In this document: piece after piece, positions 58,639 to 64,000 of the stretch | Numbering within the stretch: position 1 is the stretch's first letter | Layout of the letters: every line of letters starts with the position of its first letter | NCBI GenBank assembly: GCA_013336275.1 | Contig: JAAXUA010000001.1 | Coordinates: forward strand, 270,167-334,166 | From: Candidatus Falkowbacteria bacterium | GTDB taxonomy: Bacteria > Patescibacteriota > Patescibacteriia > Patescibacteriales > GWE2-39-37 | DNA length: 64,000 nucleotides | Direction of reading: 5' to 3' | The notes under the pieces: generated by a model | Databases searched by the model: none | What the model was told of the DNA's origin: nothing | The model's input: the letters and a program-made list of their open reading frames with translations, nothing else | Program-made: the position numbers and the translations under genes

Positions 58639-59715
58639 TTATAGGTATTCCTCCATGCCCTCGGCTTTCAGCTTGTCGACAAGCTGCTTGACCGACTGGG
58701 CTTCCGATTGCGGGCAGATCAGCATGGCGTCCGGAGTATCGATAACCACCAAGTCCTTGACCCCGACCAAAGCGACCAGCTTGTTGGAATAACCGTAAAC
58801 CAGATTGCCGCTGCTCTCGACTTCTATGACATTGCCTTTGACGATATTGTCGGACGGCTGCGCTGACAAGACTTCCTTGACCGTACGCCAATGCCCGACA
58901 TCGGCCCAGCCGAAATCAGCCGGTATCACTAGAAGTTTCGGAGCTTTTTCGATAATGCCGTAATCCATGGAAATCGGCGAAATCAGGTTGAACTCGCGCT
59001 CGATTATCGCGTCTTGTTCCGGTGTGCCCCAGGCCGATTCGATCGCCATCAGGCGGCTATGCATTTCCGGAAGCAGCTGCTGGTACAGCGAAAGGAGGTA
59101 ATCGGTCTTGAAAGCGAAGCAGCCGATATTCCAAAGATACTCCCAGCGCTCGAAATATTCTTGCGCCTTTTCCAAAGTCGGCTTCTCTTTGAATTCGGAA
59201 ATTTCAAAAATCTTAGTGCCTTCCAGTTCTTTCCACTCCTCACCCATCTTGATGTAGCCGTAACCGGTCTCGGGATAAGTCGGGTTGACGCCGATCAAGA
59301 CGCCGGCGTCAGGCTTTTCGGCCAGAACCCTTCCGGCCAGCTGGATGATTTTCAGGTACTCGGCCTCGTTCTTGATGTAGTGATCGGAATTTATATTGAT
59401 AATGCTTTCGCCCGGATGGTCGTGGTGTATCTTGGTGACTGCCAATCCGATGGCGGCGGCCGTGTCGCGCCTTGAAGGCTCGATGATGTAATTGCCATGA
59501 GGGACCTCGGTCAGCTGCTGCTTGATCAGCTCGGCCTGGACCTGGTTCGTTGCTATATAGATATCCTCTGCCGGAAAGCCGGCGCGCAGGCGTTCATAAG
59601 TCTTCTCAAGCAGCGTTTGGTCGCCGACGATCTGTTGGACTTGTTTTGGCGTATTCTTGCGGGAAACCGGCCACAAGCGCGTGCCTGAACCGCCGGCTAA
59701 AATGATTAATTTCAT
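58639..59715 (-). CDS. manC: Mannose-1-phosphate guanylyltransferase
   Basis: ILAGGSGTRLWPVSR..PKQ, RDTAAA, SDH, ETGYGYI, FKEKP, SMDYGI, WADVG. Confidence 0.92.
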   Translation of the reverse strand: MKLIILAGGSGTRLWPVSRKNTPKQVQQIVGDQTLLEKTYERLRAGFPAEDIYIATNQVQAELIKQQLTEVPHGNYIIEPSRRDTAAAIGLAVTKIHHDHPGESIININSDHYIKNEAEYLKIIQLAGRVLAEKPDAGVLIGVNPTYPETGYGYIKMGEEWKELEGTKIFEISEFKEKPTLEKAQEYFERWEYLWNIGCFAFKTDYLLSLYQQLLPEMHSRLMAIESAWGTPEQDAIIEREFNLISPISMDYGIIEKAPKLLVIPADFGWADVGHWRTVKEVLSAQPSDNIVKGNVIEVESSGNLVYGYSNKLVALVGVKDLVVIDTPDAMLICPQSEAQSVKQLVDKLKAEGMEEYL

Positions 59716-60338
59716 GATTTTGGGTTTATTAGCGGTACGAAGCGGAAGCCAGGCCAGCGCCTTTCAGCATAAGTACCGTCAGTTTTTTTCTCAATCAGGA
59801 CCAGGTCCTGGTCAGCATCCGTCCGCCCGACCGGGGCGACAAGCCAGCCGCCACGAGCAAGGCGATCCAAGAGGTTGGACGGCACTTTCGGCGCAGCTGC
59901 CGCTATCATAATCTTATCAAAAACAGCTCCTTCGGGCAAACCTGAATAGGCGTCGGCGCAGATTATACGCGCCTGTTCCGACGTATGGTATTTCGAGACG
60001 TTTGCTTGAGCGGTTTCAGCTAGCTCGGGGACTATTTCCAGTCCCAGGACGGTGCCAGGCTTAGCTAGCTCGGCCATCAAAGCAGTGGTCCAACCCGAAC
60101 CGCTGCCGACATCCAAGACCCTATCGCCAGGCTCGACCTGCAGCAATTCAAGCATTATGGCAACCGTTGTAGGCTGGGAGTTGGTTTGTCCGAAGCCGAT
60201 CGGCAACGCCTGGTCGATATCGGCCATATGACGATTGGCGACCGGCAGGAAGTCGGCACGCCTGATCTTGCGCATCGCGGCGATGATTGCCGGCGTCCTC
60301 AAGGCGCCGTCTTCTATTAAGAGATCAATTGAAGACAT
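59712..60338 (-). CDS. pcm: Protein-L-isoaspartate O-methyltransferase
   Basis: LPIGFGQTNSQP, VLDVGSGSGW, FVPL. Confidence 0.93.
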   Translation of the reverse strand: MSSIDLLIEDGALRTPAIIAAMRKIRRADFLPVANRHMADIDQALPIGFGQTNSQPTTVAIMLELLQVEPGDRVLDVGSGSGWTTALMAELAKPGTVLGLEIVPELAETAQANVSKYHTSEQARIICADAYSGLPEGAVFDKIMIAAAAPKVPSNLLDRLARGGWLVAPVGRTDADQDLVLIEKKTDGTYAERRWPGFRFVPLINPKS

Positions 60339-61143
60339 CGGAGAAAAACATCAGAAAAATTATTATGAAAGCTAAAACGAAACGATAATAAGCGAAGGCA
60401 CGTAAACTATGCTTTTGCGTAAAATGAAGAAGCATGGCGATGGCCAGCCAGCCGGAAATGACCGCTGCAACGAAGGCCAACCCCACAACTGTCCACTCTC
60501 TCGGCTCCAAACCGGATTCGAAAAGATAAGGAACTTTTTTCAAGGCCGCTCCGGCGATTATTGGCAGCGACAAAAGGAAGGAAAAACGGATTGCAGCCGT
60601 TCTCTTCAAATTAAGGCCCATACCTGATATAGTAGTAATACCGCTCCTTGAGGTGCCAGGAATCAAGGCTAAGGCCTGGGACAGTCCGATAATCATAGCT
60701 TGCCTCAAAGTCAGCTGGCTCAACTCTTGCGATTGCTTGCCCACCCGCTCGACCACGATAAAAAGGATTCCGACCAGGACAAGCATGAAGGCCACCAGCA
60801 ACGGCGACCGTAAAACAGTTTCGATCGTGTCTTCCCAGAGCAGCCCGGCCAGTCCGGCCGGAATGGTGGCAAAAATGATCAGCCAGCTCAAATCAGTCAA
60901 ACTGCCAGGCAGATACCTGAAACTGCGCAGCCAGCGCAAGGCCAAAGAGACGACATCCTTGCGGAAAAACCATAATACAGCCACGAAGGTAGCCAGGTGG
61001 AGCGAAACATCGAACGCCACTTCATCTTTTATCGGCAAAGCCAATAAACGATGCAAGACCAAAAGGTGTCCGGAACTGGACACTGGTAAAAACTCAGTGA
61101 CTCCTTGCACCACCCCGAAAATGATCGCGCTTATATATTCCAT
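60325..61143 (-). CDS. uppP: Undecaprenyl-diphosphatase
   Basis: GVTEFLPVSSSGHL, PGTSRSG, FAYYR. Confidence 0.95.
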   Translation of the reverse strand: MEYISAIIFGVVQGVTEFLPVSSSGHLLVLHRLLALPIKDEVAFDVSLHLATFVAVLWFFRKDVVSLALRWLRSFRYLPGSLTDLSWLIIFATIPAGLAGLLWEDTIETVLRSPLLVAFMLVLVGILFIVVERVGKQSQELSQLTLRQAMIIGLSQALALIPGTSRSGITTISGMGLNLKRTAAIRFSFLLSLPIIAGAALKKVPYLFESGLEPREWTVVGLAFVAAVISGWLAIAMLLHFTQKHSLRAFAYYRFVLAFIIIFLMFFSDVFN

Positions 61144-61155
61144 ATAATTTAAATT

Positions 61156-61590
61156 ATGTATCAAATCCTACTTACGCCCCTCGTGGCAGCGGTAATCGCC
61201 CAGGTTTCCAAATTCTTTATCGGCGCCAACCACTTGAAGATCGGTGTCACCAACCTGGTGGCCTATTCAGGAATGCCCTCTGGCCATTCAGCCTTGATGA
61301 TCTCCCTCGTGACCATCATCGGTCTCGAATTGGGTATCCAGGATCCGCTATTCGCGGTCTGTGTCGTCTTGACCATCCTGGTCCTTAGGGATGCGGTCGG
61401 ACTCAGGCGCTACCTTGGGCAGCACGGCAAGGTACTCAACATCCTGGTCAAAGACCTTAAGGATGACGAAGTCCTGGACTATAAATATCCGGCACTCCTG
61501 GAAAAGATCGGCCATACGCCCGCGCAAGTCGCCGTCGGCAGCCTGATCGGCTTCCTGGTGAGCCTGGCCAGCTACTTTATTGTCAGCTGA
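61156..61590 (+). CDS. Divergent PAP2 (DUF212) family protein
   Basis: AQVSK, GMPSGHSA, RDAVGLRR..G, GHTP.QV..G. Confidence 0.9.
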   Translation: MYQILLTPLVAAVIAQVSKFFIGANHLKIGVTNLVAYSGMPSGHSALMISLVTIIGLELGIQDPLFAVCVVLTILVLRDAVGLRRYLGQHGKVLNILVKDLKDDEVLDYKYPALLEKIGHTPAQVAVGSLIGFLVSLASYFIVS

Positions 61591-61691
61591 TGGACTGAGA
61601 TAATTATACCACGTTTACTCGAAATAACCGATTCTAGCCCAATCGGTTATTTTTATGGTATAATATAATAACTATTCAAAAGACTCAATCA

Positions 61692-63143
61692 ATGCATTGG
61701 CCCAACATCTTAATCAAGCCCGAACCCATAGCCGGTATCGAACTTTCCGATGCGGCATTGCGTTTCGCATTGCTCAAGCAGGGTAAAAAAAACAGCGTAC
61801 TACTCGAACAGGCCCTGCTGGAACCGCTGGCTCCGGGCGATCTTGTCGGCAATCGCGTCAATAATCCGGAAGGTTTGGCAAAAAGCCTGGCCAACCTGGC
61901 CGCCAAAACCCGCAAGCTGACGCAGTTGGCCGTCCTGACTTTGCCAGCTGACTACCTGTACCTGAAAATCGTGGAATTCCCCGCTGACTTGGAAGAATAC
62001 AAGATTGAAGAATCGATCGAGCTGATGGCTCATTTCCAATTGCCGTTACCGGCAGATGAGCTGTATTTCGATTGGCAGGTTTTGCCCAAACAGCCGGATT
62101 CCACGAAGCGCCGAGTGCTGATCGTAGCCACGAATAAGAATAAGATCGACGAGCTGGTAAGCCTCTTTACTTTAGCGGGCATTGAGCTGGTGGCCATCGA
62201 GTTCCATCAGCTTTCAGCTGGCCGCCTCTTGGAAGGACAGGCTGACCCGTCTTATATCCTGGCCATAATCAACCAGCATGGATTCACAGTCTCCCTGACT
62301 GACCAAGCGATTCCTGTAGTTGCTCACCCTTTGCCAGAAGCTGAAAAAAATAAAACCGGAATCGAGTCTGCAATCAAGCACCTCGCAGATTACGCCCAGA
62401 CCGAGCGCCATGACATCAAGCACTTGATCCTATTAGGCGATTCTCCTGACGTCTACAAAACCGGGCTGAAGAGCGTCGTTCCTGCGCTTGCTCCGATTGC
62501 CGGAACGGAAAAGCTCCTGCCCGCAGCTGACTGGGTCATCGCCTTGGGAGCCGCGCGAAGAGGGCTGTTGCCACGTCAGAACGACAAGCAGATCAGCCTG
62601 ATGCCGTTAGGAACCGAGGAAATTTATGAGCACCAGAAGGCGATCTCCTTCGTCGCCTTCATAACTAGGCTTACGGCCACATTATCCATATTCTTCGTAG
62701 CGGTCTTTTTCGGCAGTTGGGTCCTCATGAACCGCCTGCAAACCATTACCGGACAGCAGATTGCCACCTACTCCGGACAAGCTGGCCAAGGGAGCGTCTT
62801 CGAAATGCAGAATCGGGCTCAGCAGCTGAACCAAGTCTTGAGCCAGACCAACTTGCTATTGCAGGAGCAGACAGCCTATAGCCGCTTAGTAAACGACATA
62901 GAAAAGATAATTCCGGAGAACATCATCATAACTTCGCTCGCTGCGGCCACGACCAATCAGCCGATCAGCCTAGTCGGTACAGCCAAGACCAGAGCTGACC
63001 TCAACTCTTTCATCAAGGTCCTGAACGGATCCGGCATGTTCGCTCCCACCCCGCTGCCGCTGGACAATCTGGACAAGAGGATAGACATACCGTTCAGTTT
63101 CTCGCTTAGCCTGGCTGCGCCGGCGCTTTACGCAACAAAATGA
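61692..63143 (+). CDS. Type IV pilus PilM-PilN fusion
   Basis: GIELSD actin-like start, ELYFDWQ, ALGAARR, ISLMP (PilN-type INLLP motif), TM, then G.AKTR.DL..F. Confidence 0.75.
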   Translation: MHWPNILIKPEPIAGIELSDAALRFALLKQGKKNSVLLEQALLEPLAPGDLVGNRVNNPEGLAKSLANLAAKTRKLTQLAVLTLPADYLYLKIVEFPADLEEYKIEESIELMAHFQLPLPADELYFDWQVLPKQPDSTKRRVLIVATNKNKIDELVSLFTLAGIELVAIEFHQLSAGRLLEGQADPSYILAIINQHGFTVSLTDQAIPVVAHPLPEAEKNKTGIESAIKHLADYAQTERHDIKHLILLGDSPDVYKTGLKSVVPALAPIAGTEKLLPAADWVIALGAARRGLLPRQNDKQISLMPLGTEEIYEHQKAISFVAFITRLTATLSIFFVAVFFGSWVLMNRLQTITGQQIATYSGQAGQGSVFEMQNRAQQLNQVLSQTNLLLQEQTAYSRLVNDIEKIIPENIIITSLAAATTNQPISLVGTAKTRADLNSFIKVLNGSGMFAPTPLPLDNLDKRIDIPFSFSLSLAAPALYATK

Positions 63144-63709
63144 AGAACCTAACCCCGACACAGAAACAGATAATCATAAGCATCGCCTGGCTGCTGCCTC
63201 TAATGCTTGGTTCATTTTTGGTTGGAAATGTCTACGCCAAGAAGATCAAAAAAATAAATAATGACAACGAGCAGAAGAAAGTCATGCTGTCCCTCTTGAA
63301 GACGCAGACTGATTCCGAAAGCCGCCTTTCCGCCCAGATCAAGATGACCAAGAATTTCGACGCCGAACTCAAAGAAGCGATACCGGCAGCCAGCAATCTG
63401 TCGCCGATTACTGATGCCATCGGCAGCTTGGCCCAAAAATACGGCATCGCCTCATCGATATCGGTATCCGGTCCGCAGGCGACAGACAAGATGATTCACG
63501 CTTCCCCTCTCTACCGCATGGACCTCAAAGCCACGCTGAGCAACGCCACTGTCGGCAGCTTCCAAAAATTATTATCAGACCTTGAGGGCCAGCCGTATTT
63601 CTTCAGCGTTGACAGCTTCTCCTTCAAGAGCGCATCGGGCTCCGGCTGGCATGACAACTCTTCAATCACCTTAATCGGCCACTTTTATGCAGAAAATCGA
63701 GTTGAATAA
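63140..63709 (+). CDS. PilO-like protein
   Basis: TM, coiled coil, 'FQKLLSDLE..PYFFSVDSF'; follows PilMN. Confidence 0.65.
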   Translation: MKNLTPTQKQIIISIAWLLPLMLGSFLVGNVYAKKIKKINNDNEQKKVMLSLLKTQTDSESRLSAQIKMTKNFDAELKEAIPAASNLSPITDAIGSLAQKYGIASSISVSGPQATDKMIHASPLYRMDLKATLSNATVGSFQKLLSDLEGQPYFFSVDSFSFKSASGSGWHDNSSITLIGHFYAENRVE

Positions 63710-64000
63710 AATAAAGAACTCCTCCCTGTGGCGTTGGCGCTATGCCCTTATTTTTGCGGCGTATTCATTTGTTTTCTTGTCAATCTTCATCTCCGTCAGT
63801 AAATTCTTGGCCAAGGAAATCAACCGCAGCTTCGGCCAGCCTTCCTTGGAAACGGAAGGCGTTACCACGACCCTGGATCTTCAGGGTTATGAACGCCTTG
63901 CTGCCAAGCTCAAGTTGGCGACTTCAACCCCAGAGGCCTCACCTACCTCAACCGAATCTCTAGCCACCTCGACCACAGCCATTGAAGTGGCCATGGAATC
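63687..64000 (+). CDS. Membrane-anchored protein (3' truncated)
   Basis: Read by eye: MQKIELNK...YALIFAAYSFVFLSIFISVS...ATST, open to the window end; absent from the ORF track. Confidence 0.6.
   Translation, partial: MQKIELNKIKNSSLWRWRYALIFAAYSFVFLSIFISVSKFLAKEINRSFGQPSLETEGVTTTLDLQGYERLAAKLKLATSTPEASPTSTESLATSTTAIEVAME

Noticed and set aside
63742..63963. 73-aa ORF in the track
   Set aside because: The overlapping frame starting at 63687 has a TM helix, runs to the window end and fits the pil operon better.

Overview
Bacterial chromosomal window, inferred to come from a Patescibacteria/CPR (Parcubacteria-like) genome. The inference rests on the compact mraZ-rsmH-ftsL-ftsI-murF cluster, a PilM-PilN fusion with PilO, CPR-type repeat surface proteins, and AT-rich starts without Shine-Dalgarno (SD) sites on core genes. 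Standard genetic code. Core content: gltX, clpB with a CIRCE operator, def-fmt, tRNA-Glu(CTC), dcw genes, tsaB, rplJ-rplL with an L10 leader attenuator, mltG, manC, pcm and uppP. Accessory content: a dense nucleotide house-cleaning cluster (4 Nudix, 2 MazG-like, HIT, histidine phosphatase, ParB-like, TGS1-like methyltransferase), a TagA/WecG-RppH fusion, a DUF2157/GDYXXLXY/DUF2339 operon, and a surface glycan locus with a MITE-like insertion. The most striking pattern is a second class of genes at seven scattered loci. These share strong GGAGG SD sites and a boxA-like leader motif, often with long structured leaders. Several of their products look suited to a diderm cell rather than a CPR cell: a LysM/CxxCH protein with a predicted beta-barrel, lipoproteins, LemA/TPM, and a tandem FabZ-like protein with a split catalytic dyad. 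No CRISPR array, integrase, transposase or reverse transcriptase was seen. All family assignments come from motif recognition by eye; no database searches were run.
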